DNA of 64,000 nt from an uncultured Granulosicoccaceae bacterium (GTDB lineage: Bacteria > Pseudomonadota > Gammaproteobacteria > Granulosicoccales > Granulosicoccaceae). Below are positions 30,088 to 39,850 of this stretch, one piece after another (the stretch's first letter is position 1; each line of letters starts with the position of its first letter). The translations under genes and the position numbers were made by a program. Below the pieces are notes generated by a model, which had not been told where the DNA came from, searched no databases, and was given only the letters and a program-made list of their open reading frames with translations. The stretch is taken from assembly GCA_937951345.1 (NCBI GenBank), contig CALFCF010000004.1:85341-149340 (forward strand), read 5' to 3'.

Positions 30088-30915
30088 ATGTTAATTCCAG
30101 TACATACAACAAACAGTATCAGACGGTGTCTCGAATCGAAGCGCGACGTGCGATTATTAAACAGAGCACCCCTAAAAGCGGTGATGTTGCTGCTAGTCTT
30201 AGCGAGCTCACAAACACTTGCCGCTGAGGGCGATTTTCCGTTAATCCCGTTTGGGGAAAAAGTGTCATCAGAGGGCACAGGGATCACTAGCGCCTGGTAC
30301 AGTTGCGCAACGGATCGGTACCGGCACGGTGTACTTGGCGATGCCATCGAAGGTGGCTGCCTGGTCGCGGTAAACAGCGACGGCAAATTGATGTCGCTGA
30401 AACTCTCTGATCAGTTTGTTTTCGAAGATAATCTGCCGCGTCTCGCCGATATCGACAACGATGGCCGCAACGACATCATCACAGTTCGCGCCGATACATC
30501 CGAAGGTGCAGCACTTGTGGTGTACAACGAAGTGGACGGCGAACTTCAAGAACTGGCAGCAACCCCTACTATCGGAACCGCTCATCGCTGGCTTGCTCCT
30601 GCCGGTATCGCCGATTTCAACAAAGATGGTATTAATGACATCGCTTACGTACAAACACCGCATATCGGTGGTAAGCTTCGTATCTGGTCGCTAATTGAAA
30701 ATAAATTTACAGAAATAGCGAGCCTTTCCGGATTCTCCAACCATGCAATCGGCGCGACCAGAGTCAGCATCAGCCGCGTCGACGATTTCAACAATGACGG
30801 TGTTGCAGATCTTGCGGTTCCTGCCCGCAATGGTCGCGAAACCGTTTTAATCACGCTTTATCCGAAGGTCGTGGAAATCGCCCGACAACCGTTTGAGTTG
30901 GATTTTTTCGACTAA
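30088..30915 (+). CDS. Secreted FG-GAP/VCBS-repeat protein
   Basis: 275 aa with a signal peptide. There are three Ca-binding-type repeats: DIDNDGRNDII, ADFNKDGINDIA and DDFNNDGVADLA. Confidence 0.65.
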   Translation: MLIPVHTTNSIRRCLESKRDVRLLNRAPLKAVMLLLVLASSQTLAAEGDFPLIPFGEKVSSEGTGITSAWYSCATDRYRHGVLGDAIEGGCLVAVNSDGKLMSLKLSDQFVFEDNLPRLADIDNDGRNDIITVRADTSEGAALVVYNEVDGELQELAATPTIGTAHRWLAPAGIADFNKDGINDIAYVQTPHIGGKLRIWSLIENKFTEIASLSGFSNHAIGATRVSISRVDDFNNDGVADLAVPARNGRETVLITLYPKVVEIARQPFELDFFD

Positions 30916-30935
30916 CCACAACCTGACGTTAAACC

Positions 30936-32258
30936 ATGCCGGCAGAATCAACGCGTTCGATTTCATTGCAGCACTGGTGCGCGTATGTACTCGGCATGGT
31001 TTTTTTCCTTTATGCGTTTATCCAACGTGTCGCGCCAAGCGTGATGACCGACGAGTTGATGCATGATTTTCGCGTCGGCGCCACCCGGCTTGGCATTTTA
31101 TCAGGTACCTATTTCGCCACCTATGCGCTTTTGCAAATGCCCATCGGTCTGTTGATTGATCGCTATGGTGCACGACGATTGTTAAGCGCAGCGGCAGCGC
31201 TCGCCTGTCTTGCGTCGATTGGTTTTGCCGCCAGCGACAGTCTGACTATGGCCACTTTCTATCGCGCAATGACAGGTGCAACCGTCGCCTTTGCTTTTGT
31301 CGGCACGCTCAGTATTCTGTCATTGAACTTCCCGCCCAGGCTATTCAACACACTTGCCGGTGTGTTGCAAACCATGGGTATGGCAGGTGCGCTGGTTGGT
31401 CAGGCACCGCTTCGCTGGCTGATAGAACAACGGGGTTGGCAGCAGGTCTTTCGCGATCTGGGTTGGATGGCAGCGCTACTGGCACTCGCATTATTTTTTG
31501 CGGTCCCGCGACGAAAAAAGAACAATCAATCTTCCGGGACAGAACAAGATAGTGGCGCGTCGCAGGTCGAGACCAGTCAACAACAGAAAAATGGATCTGC
31601 GGATAAGCCTTCGCTTACTGCAAGCCTGGGACAGGTTGTCAGTAATCCACAAAGCTGGTACTGCGCCTTGTTTGGTTTCGGTATGGCGGCACCCATGCTG
31701 GCATTTGCCGGCCTGTGGGCTATCCCCTGGGCACGTAGCACCTATGGGATACCACCGACACAGGCTGCCGGTATTGTCTCGCTACTGTTTCTCGGTTGGG
31801 GTATCGCTGCGCCAATTGCCGGATGGTTTGCCGATGCGTCAGGCAAGCGTAAATTGATTGAAGTTGCCGGTGCGTTATTGGCGCTGATTGCTCTGAGTCT
31901 GTTGATCTACATCCCCGGCTGGTCGTTGCGCAGCATGTCAATACTGTTTTTTCTGACCGGTTGCGGCGGTTCCACCATGATCCTCCTGTTCAGTTCGATA
32001 CGACGGGTTAACAGTGACAAAAATTCTGCAGCTGCGATGGGTTTTGCCAACATGTTTGTTGTCGGTGCCGGGGGCATCCTGCAGGCGGTTATCGGTTGGC
32101 TGCTGGACCGCAATGATGTTCAACTTAGCGCTGGTATACCGGAGTACACCGCAGCGCATTTCCAGTCAGCCCTGCTCATTCTAATTGGTACCAGCGTACT
32201 CGCCTTGATTTCGGCATTGCTGATCCGCGAGAGTTACCCGCAAGCTCATACCGCGTAA
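30936..32258 (+). CDS. MFS transporter
   Basis: 440 aa with a 6+6 helix layout and a hydrophilic central loop. The motif GLLIDRYGARR is present. Confidence 0.8.
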   Translation: MPAESTRSISLQHWCAYVLGMVFFLYAFIQRVAPSVMTDELMHDFRVGATRLGILSGTYFATYALLQMPIGLLIDRYGARRLLSAAAALACLASIGFAASDSLTMATFYRAMTGATVAFAFVGTLSILSLNFPPRLFNTLAGVLQTMGMAGALVGQAPLRWLIEQRGWQQVFRDLGWMAALLALALFFAVPRRKKNNQSSGTEQDSGASQVETSQQQKNGSADKPSLTASLGQVVSNPQSWYCALFGFGMAAPMLAFAGLWAIPWARSTYGIPPTQAAGIVSLLFLGWGIAAPIAGWFADASGKRKLIEVAGALLALIALSLLIYIPGWSLRSMSILFFLTGCGGSTMILLFSSIRRVNSDKNSAAAMGFANMFVVGAGGILQAVIGWLLDRNDVQLSAGIPEYTAAHFQSALLILIGTSVLALISALLIRESYPQAHTA

Positions 32259-32461
32259 CGCTTAAAAAAATTATCACTCAAGTCAAAAACTACTCAGGTT
32301 AATTCTTCGCGGAAAGCCCTCACTGCACAGGAGAATTCCGCCGTACTCGCCCCAGGTGACAGAAAACCGTCATCACAACCGGAGTAAATTGGTTCCGGTA
32401 TAGTGATCTGGTCAATTTCTTGCGGTAACGCAGGTATAGCAGCGCGGGCTTCTGCAAAACG

Positions 32462-33991
32462 ATGGCATCGAGCGAAACTAACGACACAAAACGGCAAGGT
32501 ACCAGCAGTCGATCGACTGAGGGTAAGGCACTGCGAATAAACCTCGACGAACGAAAGTACGGAACGATTGCTGAAATCGGTGCCGGGCAAGAGGTTGCGC
32601 GTCAGTTTTTTATGGCTGGCGCAGCCGCAGGCACTGTCGCCAAGACGATCTCGGCTTACGACATGCAGTTTTCCGATGCTATCTACGGCATCCAGGAAGG
32701 TGGCAGGTATGTCAGTAAGAATCGTGTCAACGCGATGCTGGACAAGGAATTCAAACTGGTGGTTGACCGCGTCGGCGATTCGCGTTCGAAATCCTCCCGC
32801 TTCTTCAGCTACGCAGCAACTGTTGCTGCAAAAAGCTTTAACCGTGATAACGAGTGCCATGCATGGTGTGGGCTGCACGTACAAACCTATCCGGGCGCTC
32901 CACCTTCAGAAATCATCATCCATGTACGGATGCTCGATAAAACCGTTGAGCAACAGCAGGAATGCCTGGGCATTCTGGGTGTAAATCTGATTTACGCCGG
33001 GTTTTATTTTTTTGAAAATCCCCACGAGTTTATTGACTCGTTGACTGACAATATTGAGTTTGATCGCCTGGAAATCGATTCCATCGAGTTTAAAGGCCCC
33101 TACTTCGAGGAAATCGACAACCGCGAAATCAATCTTCATCTGATTCGTAGCTGGAAAACACGTGCGATTATGTTCCAGCCAGACGGCAGCGTCGCAGTAC
33201 CAGCTGAAATGCTGTACAAGAAAAATGTCCTGACGATTCGCGGGTCATTCAAACCGGTAACGAAACTCAATGTCGACATGATTGAGCAAGGCTCATCGTC
33301 GTTCTATCAGTTGCCCGGTGTTAAAACTGAAAACACAGTGGTATTAGCTGAAATTTCAATCAATGATCAACGCGGCAAAGATCTGGGTGCCAGCGTTAGC
33401 GATCTTATCGAGCGGGTACGTTTACTCAACACGCTTGGTTATAGCGTTATGGTCTCTGACTACACACGCTACTTCTCGTTACGTGCTTATCTACGCCGCT
33501 ACACAAAACTACAGATAGGCATTGTGCTCGGTATGATGAATATCAAACAAATTTTTGACGAAAGTAATTACGAAGGTGTAGAAGGTGGCATTCTCGAGGG
33601 ATTCGGCAAACTGTTTCCTGACAATACGCGGTTGTTTGTTTACCCGGAGCTTGACGAGAATGGCGAACTCCGTGATTTCACAAATATTATGGTGCCAGAC
33701 CATCTTCGCTATCTGTATCGGCATCTGCTCGAAAACCGATTTGTATTCGGCATAGACTGCAGTGATCTGGAATTATTAAAAATTTACTCGCGCGAAGTAT
33801 TGGCTATGATCGAGCAAGGCAACCCGGAATGGAAAAAATGCCTGCAAGCGGACACAGTTACTCAAATAGTAAAGCGCAAATTGTTTAACTACTCAGGTTC
33901 AGCAACACTGTCGAAGCCGGCAGCAGAAAACAAGAGTGACAAGAAAAACCGAAAGAAAAATACTAAGGGTGGAAAAAACGCGAAGAAATAA
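32462..33991 (+). CDS. Hypothetical cytoplasmic protein of unknown family with a Lys-rich tail
   Basis: 509 aa with even, protein-like composition. The N-terminal segment is YGTIAEIGAGQEVARQFFMAGAAAGTVAKTISAYDMQFSDAIYG and the C-terminus is KSDKKNRKKNTKGGKNAKK. I recognised no catalytic motif. Confidence 0.6.
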   Translation: MASSETNDTKRQGTSSRSTEGKALRINLDERKYGTIAEIGAGQEVARQFFMAGAAAGTVAKTISAYDMQFSDAIYGIQEGGRYVSKNRVNAMLDKEFKLVVDRVGDSRSKSSRFFSYAATVAAKSFNRDNECHAWCGLHVQTYPGAPPSEIIIHVRMLDKTVEQQQECLGILGVNLIYAGFYFFENPHEFIDSLTDNIEFDRLEIDSIEFKGPYFEEIDNREINLHLIRSWKTRAIMFQPDGSVAVPAEMLYKKNVLTIRGSFKPVTKLNVDMIEQGSSSFYQLPGVKTENTVVLAEISINDQRGKDLGASVSDLIERVRLLNTLGYSVMVSDYTRYFSLRAYLRRYTKLQIGIVLGMMNIKQIFDESNYEGVEGGILEGFGKLFPDNTRLFVYPELDENGELRDFTNIMVPDHLRYLYRHLLENRFVFGIDCSDLELLKIYSREVLAMIEQGNPEWKKCLQADTVTQIVKRKLFNYSGSATLSKPAAENKSDKKNRKKNTKGGKNAKK

Positions 33992-34006
33992 TATCTTTTT
34001 CGCACG

Positions 34007-34585
34007 TTAAACAGAATTTAGTGGCGGGTCCGATGTGAATACCTGCCCAAGCCCCGGATCTTCAGAGAACAACTGCAACGTAAACCCGGGTTGCTCGGCT
34101 ATTACGCGGTGAATCATGTTGTCGTAACGACCCTCTTCACCGTATTCCCAGTAACTATCGCCGCTGGTCATTTTGCGGGCTTCACGCATCGCGACTTTGT
34201 CACTCTCAGTACGATCATATAATTCCATCGTAAAGCTGCCTTCAATAACGTGGTAGAAGGTAAACGCCGGGTGACCGTGTACAGAGGAGCTGGCACCCGC
34301 CTCCCAGCGACAAATCAGCCCTGTCCAGCCCTGATCTTCACCGATAATGTTCCGACTGTAGCAACAATGTCTGGACAGCGAATTCAGCTGTTCGGAGCGA
34401 TCACCCAACCGTGAAGCAATTTCAGCGGTGATGCTTGCCATCTCATCGGGTAACAACGTTTTACACTGACCGCAAGCTTGTCGACAACGCAGCGCAGTCG
34501 TAAAAACATCCGCGAATTCATTATTCAAATTGAATGTTTGACCCGATGATGCCTGGTCTAACTTTATGGCTTGCATTACTGCCAC
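34007..34585 (-). CDS. Cysteine dioxygenase type I-like cupin (or thiol dioxygenase)
   Basis: 192 aa. RWEAGASSSVHGHPAF fits the CDO W..G..S..H.H iron motif. It overlaps the upstream decarboxylase by 10 nt. Confidence 0.55.
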   Translation of the reverse strand: MAVMQAIKLDQASSGQTFNLNNEFADVFTTALRCRQACGQCKTLLPDEMASITAEIASRLGDRSEQLNSLSRHCCYSRNIIGEDQGWTGLICRWEAGASSSVHGHPAFTFYHVIEGSFTMELYDRTESDKVAMREARKMTSGDSYWEYGEEGRYDNMIHRVIAEQPGFTLQLFSEDPGLGQVFTSDPPLNSV

Positions 34586-35997
34586 TCCTGTTCAAGCTGA
34601 CGAGACTCGTGCATCCACAAATCAAAGAAGCGTGTGATATCACTGGCGACCACGTCTATGTTTGCAATAATCAACCGGATGGTTAACTCATCACCAATAT
34701 ATGCCTGATTAACAAATGTACTGCCTGCAGCCTTCAATCGATCGCGCACGGTTTGATTGAATCGGTTCAATGTTTCCGTGTCATTAATACCAGCCGGCCG
34801 GTAGCGGAAACAGATATTGTTTATCCATCGGTCAGCTTGCAGTTCAAGCGCGCTTTCCTGCTCAACACGCCGTTCAGCCAGAGCCGAGAGTTGCATAAAA
34901 TGATCAATCCGCCGGGTGAATCCGTGATGTCCGTAAAAAAGGTATTCGAGCCACATTTTGAACATGTCGACTCGGCGTCCACACTGTAGCGAAGACGGCC
35001 CGAGATCATGGCTGTCAGCGTCATCATGGAAAATGTAAGAGGTATCCCCCAAATTAAACGATCGAGCTAACACACCGCTTTCCCTGACATACAGTAACGA
35101 GCACATTAACGGTACGCCGAGCATTTTATGCGCATCCCATGAAAATGAATCTGCGCGCTCAACACCGGTCAGAAATTTTCTCTCATCAGTAGCATAGGTC
35201 ATTGCCCCGCCCCATGCGCCGTCAACATGCAACCAGCACTGATACTCGTTAGCCAGATCTGCAAGCGTTGTGAATGGATCGAACGCGCCCCTGACTGTGG
35301 TACCTGCCGTGCCGACGATCAGACAGGGTGTTTTGCCGTTGGCCTTATCCTGTTCAAGTAATTGCTTAAGCGCCTCACAATCCATAGCACCGCGTGTATC
35401 AGCCGGCACTTTCACCAGCGCACCCAACCCAAGCCCGGCCATCATGACGGCCTTATCTACAGAATAGTGCGCTTCTGCTGAGACATAAACACGCGGTTGG
35501 CTCGCACCGATACCCGCGTTTTTGTATTCAGGAAGTGTTTTGTTCAGTGCCAGCAACAACGCGAGAAAATTACTGTTACTGCCACCCGTTGTCACCTGAC
35601 TCTCCCAGCCAGACAGACCAAGTTGTTCCGCGAAAACGGCACGCATCTCGTTCTCGACGACAGTCGCCATGGGTGCAACTTCGAAGGTGTACATCGATGT
35701 GTTCGCTAACAATTCGATGACACCACCGATTAGCGCAGGCTCGGATTGACCGGCCCAGAGTTGATTGAAATACAGTGGATGGGCAGTTTTAACGCTGTCG
35801 TCGAGATAGTGATCAACCATCTCCCAGATATCACTCCAGGTCTCGCCCCCTGCTCTCGATTTGAGATGCGCGAGCTTATCGCGCAGCGCGTGATAATCCT
35901 GAGTATCGACGACTTCGCCTTCGCGTTGACGCTTGCGGTATTCGCTCATCAAATGAGCGAGTTCACGGTACGGTGATGTCTGTGCCGATTCGAGCAT
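34576..35997 (-). CDS. Group II PLP-dependent decarboxylase (GAD / cysteine-sulfinate decarboxylase-like)
   Basis: 473 aa with HPLYFNQLWAG, TTGGSNSN, DGAWGG and the PLP-lysine motif SWDAHKML. Confidence 0.8.
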   Translation of the reverse strand: MLESAQTSPYRELAHLMSEYRKRQREGEVVDTQDYHALRDKLAHLKSRAGGETWSDIWEMVDHYLDDSVKTAHPLYFNQLWAGQSEPALIGGVIELLANTSMYTFEVAPMATVVENEMRAVFAEQLGLSGWESQVTTGGSNSNFLALLLALNKTLPEYKNAGIGASQPRVYVSAEAHYSVDKAVMMAGLGLGALVKVPADTRGAMDCEALKQLLEQDKANGKTPCLIVGTAGTTVRGAFDPFTTLADLANEYQCWLHVDGAWGGAMTYATDERKFLTGVERADSFSWDAHKMLGVPLMCSLLYVRESGVLARSFNLGDTSYIFHDDADSHDLGPSSLQCGRRVDMFKMWLEYLFYGHHGFTRRIDHFMQLSALAERRVEQESALELQADRWINNICFRYRPAGINDTETLNRFNQTVRDRLKAAGSTFVNQAYIGDELTIRLIIANIDVVASDITRFFDLWMHESRQLEQEWQ

Positions 35998-36554
35998 ATT
36001 GTTCTTGATGTCTATAAGTTTTCAGCGTTGGCGGTGCAACTGAGCCGACAGACAGCCGGCATTGGTATACACGGTTACTTTCTACCTTTGGTTTGAGTTG
36101 TAGTGCACGCATGAGTTCCGGGCAATTCCTTCAAAAACTGCCCGATTCCTGCCCCGTTCACACCGGATTAGGGTACTGATTGGGCAGTTTGTGAAACCCG
36201 GTGGTTGGCTCATGAACTAAATATCGACCTACAAACGGGCTGATGCCGTGAGACGGTCGCATCAATTCAAATTCTAATAGCCAAATACCACGCATTTTGA
36301 AGAGATTGGACGGTAACGGGGGCATTTCTGCCCGGAAAGGTGGGCTATGCCGGCGATTCCAAAGTGACTGCATAGACTGTTGCAGGTACCTTGTTAATAC
36401 ATTGATTAATACAATGGTTTGCTTCGAAAAGACGAGCTACCCGTCTGGCAGCCGCCTGATGCTGGTCAAATTTCAGGTCAACAAGGGATGATGCTTATGG
36501 ATTGCATCGTCTTTACCAGCCGGGTGCAACAGTCTATGCACCCACTTTGAAGGA

Positions 36555-36914
36555 TTACTGCTGTTCGATCGCCTCATCGAAACACGCACCAGCCTTCTCC
36601 TCCGGATACCCGGCTTCTTCATAGACGTTTTTCGGGCACTCTTCGATGATGTCGTTCTGCAACTCAGCAAGCCCGATGCGCTCTGGCAGCGGCGCCAGGC
36701 ACTGCAGGATAGACTCTTCAGACAATGCCAGACAGGCTTCCTGCGTAAACCCCATGCACTGCGTAAACGCACTGGAACCACACAGCGTCTGCCCCTGGTC
36801 GCGCGCGAGTTTGATTAACAGCGTGCGTGACACACTCTGATCCTGCGAGGAAACAACCCCGGGTACAACAATCACCGCAAAGATACACAGAACCAAACCG
36901 AGTATTCGAATCAT
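36555..36914 (-). CDS. Small secreted Cys-containing hypothetical protein
   Basis: 119 aa with a signal peptide (MIRILGLVLCIFAVIVVPGVVSS) and 6 Cys in the mature part. Confidence 0.45.
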   Translation of the reverse strand: MIRILGLVLCIFAVIVVPGVVSSQDQSVSRTLLIKLARDQGQTLCGSSAFTQCMGFTQEACLALSEESILQCLAPLPERIGLAELQNDIIEECPKNVYEEAGYPEEKAGACFDEAIEQQ

Positions 36915-37155
36915 ATTTAGTTACCTGAAAAAGCGGCTTCTACAAACAACACCGAAGCCTCGGGAAAAATAACAAACTTTATTGTAGTGTGGTTGGGTAA
37001 CAGGCGCTGTGACATCTATTCCACTAACGCGACTCTAATACGCGTTAGTCACAGGAAAACTACGAACAGCGTGTAGTGTGGCAAGTAATCTAACACGTCA
37101 GCAGATTTTTGCAGGTCCCGGTTTTTCGTTCCTTGGGATGGAATCCAGTATTGTG

Positions 37156-37920
37156 TTAACCGGCAACACCGTCGATAGTAACCAGCTTGCCGTCAACACT
37201 CGCGTCAACACCGTAAATCTGACGCAAGCGATCTGCGTCAAGCGTCTCGTCCGGTGGACCATCCGCAACGATACAACCGCGTTGCATCCAGATAAGACGC
37301 GATGCATAGCGTGCCGCGAGCTGCACGTCATGTAGGACAACCAATGCGCCGCCGCCATCACGCACATAAGCGGCTATCAAATCCATTATGCGGAACTGAT
37401 GCCGTGGATCAAGGGCTGCTGTGGGTTCGTCAGCAATTAACAAGGGCGTTTGCGCAACAAACGCACGTGCACAATGCATGCGCGCAAGTTCACCGCCGGA
37501 CAAGGTATGCACTTGACGCCGCGCCAACGCAGTCAGATCACAATCCGTTAATGCACGTTCAACGGCTGCTGCATCCTCACTACCCAGTTTGCCCAGTGTC
37601 ACACCGTGCGCGAATCGACCAAGAGCCACCACATCATAAACATAACCCGGCCATGCCAAAGGACGCATTTGTGGCAGATAAGCGAGCGTTTTTGCGCGCT
37701 TTATCGGACTCATGTAACGCGTATCGTGATCATCGAGTATTGCCCTGCCTGCTGTGGGTGCCGACAATCCCAGACTCGTCTGAATCAGGCTGGTCTTACC
37801 GGAACCATTAGGCCCCAGCAACACCACCAGTTCTCCCTGTGACAGTTTGAAGCTGGCATTTTCTATCAGCGTCGTGTCGCGCACACGTCGGGTCAAAGCA
37901 CTTGCTATCAATTCACTCAT
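37156..37920 (-). CDS. btuD: ABC transporter ATP-binding protein (BtuD/FecE type)
   Basis: Walker A is GPNGSGKTS, the signature is LSGGE and Walker B is LLIADEP. I prefer ATG 37920, which overlaps the btuC stop (ATGAGTGA). Confidence 0.75.
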   Translation of the reverse strand: MSELIASALTRRVRDTTLIENASFKLSQGELVVLLGPNGSGKTSLIQTSLGLSAPTAGRAILDDHDTRYMSPIKRAKTLAYLPQMRPLAWPGYVYDVVALGRFAHGVTLGKLGSEDAAAVERALTDCDLTALARRQVHTLSGGELARMHCARAFVAQTPLLIADEPTAALDPRHQFRIMDLIAAYVRDGGGALVVLHDVQLAARYASRLIWMQRGCIVADGPPDETLDADRLRQIYGVDASVDGKLVTIDGVAG

Positions 37921-38905
37921 GGCCAGCCCTGCGTTGCATCGCGATCCACACGAAAACCGGTGCACCAATCAATGCTGCGACCACACCCAGCTTTAACTCA
38001 CTACTGGTTGGAATAAGCCGGACACCAATATCTGCAAGCACAAGAATCAAACCGGACAACAATGCAGAGGGTATGAGTGAGCGCGCCGGATCGTATCCCA
38101 CCAGCGGCCGAATCAGATGGGGTGCAACAATGCCAACGAAACCAATAACACCTGCCAGCGCAACAGACGCACCGGTTGCGAGACCCGCACCCAGCACTGT
38201 GTAAATACGCTGACGCTGCAGATTCAACCCAATACCGTTCGCTGCTTCTTCACCAAGCGTAAGCGCAGACAGACCACGCCGAGTTGTCAACAAGATAACA
38301 GCACCAAGCAGGATGAACGGGAATACAAGCCCGATGTCGGTAAAGCTTCGATTGGCAACTGACCCGAGCATCCAGTTCACCATGTCAGACAACGAGAATG
38401 GATTGGGTGCCAGATTCAGTATCAGGCTCATCGCAGCGCCGGCAAAACTGGATAACCCGACACCAATTAATATAAGTGTCACAACCGACTGCGTACGCAC
38501 GGCGGCAATCGCCAGAAAAGCGGTTGCCAATAACGCACCTGTTATCGCAGCGATTGGCAGTACCCATGCGCTGTAGGCGGCAAGCCCGTAATACAGTGTA
38601 GTGGTAGCCGCCAGCGAGGCAGTTGCTGACACACCGAGCACGCCGGGTTCAGCCAGCGGGTTTCGTAACAATCCCTGCAACGCTGCACCGCTTAAACCAA
38701 GCGCTGCACCGACCAGAAATGCAGCCAGCGCTCGCGGCAGGCGAATACTCCAGACAACGATGTGCTCACCGTGCTCCGCCTGCCCCAATAGAGCCGCCAC
38801 AACTCGTTCGGCCGGCAGTGATGTCGAGCCAAGCAGGCAAGCCGCGAACAACGCCAGTAAACAAGCGAACAGCAGGCACGGATTTAACCAGCGCGCTACC
38901 GTCAT
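37913..38905 (-). CDS. btuC: FecCD-family ABC permease (BtuC-like)
   Basis: 330 aa of polytopic membrane protein. The segment LGVSATASLAA...GVIGFVGIVAPHLIR is typical of FecCD/BtuC. Confidence 0.75.
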   Translation of the reverse strand: MTVARWLNPCLLFACLLALFAACLLGSTSLPAERVVAALLGQAEHGEHIVVWSIRLPRALAAFLVGAALGLSGAALQGLLRNPLAEPGVLGVSATASLAATTTLYYGLAAYSAWVLPIAAITGALLATAFLAIAAVRTQSVVTLILIGVGLSSFAGAAMSLILNLAPNPFSLSDMVNWMLGSVANRSFTDIGLVFPFILLGAVILLTTRRGLSALTLGEEAANGIGLNLQRQRIYTVLGAGLATGASVALAGVIGFVGIVAPHLIRPLVGYDPARSLIPSALLSGLILVLADIGVRLIPTSSELKLGVVAALIGAPVFVWIAMQRRAGHE

Positions 38906-39816
38906 GATTTCTGTCGCGCGGCAAGCGCTTCAACCGCTTCAATCAGATACCATCCGCCACAGGTCATCCACGCACCCTGCAAATGAACAACCTCTGTGTC
39001 AGTGTTTGAAAACAACGCGCGTGCAACCGGGTGACGGGAAGCGCTCCACTCACCCGGGTGTCTGTTCTGCATCTGGAAAAAGGCTGCCGCAACCACCGCC
39101 GGTTGCTCATAAGCGAGGCGCTCGAGCGGCAGTGACCGCCAGCCCGCTTCCGTTTGAAAATTTCTCAAGCCAGCGGTTTCAAATAGCTCATGCACCAGTG
39201 AACCGGCACCGGTTGTGGCCCCTGATGGCGTCATGTACAACGCTTCAGTGTTTTGATTCAATCCGGACAGATTACTCAAGCGCTTGCGTACATCTGCAAC
39301 TGTCTCAAGCCCCTGTTGTGTAGCACCCAGGCTGGATGCCATGCGCTCGACATTATCCAGTACACCGTCTATATCACCGGCCCAGCCAACATCGAGTACA
39401 GGAATGCCCAATTGCTTGAAATAGTCACCGCTGTTGGCACCACCCCCATAGGACCGAACAATCAGATCAGGCTCAAGCAGTATCACATCCTCGGCACGGG
39501 CCTGCACGCTCGGTAAGCCATGTGCCTGCTGACGCATGTAAGAAAACTCTTTGGTCGCATCAGGAGAAACTGCAGCAATGCGATTGCGCGGCACAAATTT
39601 AAGCACAAACTGGTCAGCGCAATAGTCAAGACTGACGATGCGTTTGTATTGCTTTGACTGCGCGGCCTGTGCGGCTATCGGGTCAGAACCAGCAACGCCA
39701 TCAACACCCGTTTGATGAACGTTCACGTCTTCGCGGTTACAACCCGACAACAACACGCAGAACAAGACAGGCACCAGCGCAGCCTTTAGGTTTAACCTAA
39801 ACAAAGGCACTGCCAT
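38902..39816 (-). CDS. btuF: Periplasmic binding protein of the BtuF/HmuT class (lipoprotein)
   Basis: I prefer ATG 39816 (MAVPLFRLNLKAALVPVLFCVLLSGC, a lipobox). The motif RIVSLDYCADQFVL is present. The longer track start (39960) would overlap the upstream gene. Confidence 0.65.
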   Translation of the reverse strand: MAVPLFRLNLKAALVPVLFCVLLSGCNREDVNVHQTGVDGVAGSDPIAAQAAQSKQYKRIVSLDYCADQFVLKFVPRNRIAAVSPDATKEFSYMRQQAHGLPSVQARAEDVILLEPDLIVRSYGGGANSGDYFKQLGIPVLDVGWAGDIDGVLDNVERMASSLGATQQGLETVADVRKRLSNLSGLNQNTEALYMTPSGATTGAGSLVHELFETAGLRNFQTEAGWRSLPLERLAYEQPAVVAAAFFQMQNRHPGEWSASRHPVARALFSNTDTEVVHLQGAWMTCGGWYLIEAVEALAARQKS

Positions 39817-39850
39817 CAAGACAGATAAGCGACGGGCACCGAACGGATAA

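Noticed and set aside
32294-32884. A 196-aa minus-strand ORF
   Set aside because: It overlaps the 5' part of the 509-aa plus-strand gene, which has a much better composition. The minus ORF has no motifs and a Cys/Arg-rich, shadow-like sequence.
37023-37049. The 9-bp-stem hairpin ACTAACGCG-N9-CGCGTTAGT downstream of btuD
   Set aside because: It could be the btu operon terminator, but no U-run follows on the minus strand. The evidence is too weak to call.
38601-39323. A 240-aa plus-strand ORF, plus similar long antisense ORFs at 19735-20157, 20365-20787, 28233-28703, 29844-30386, 37302-37811 and 56982-57449
   Set aside because: Each is antisense to a gene with strong family motifs. The Ala/Arg/Ser/Pro-rich composition is typical of shadow frames.
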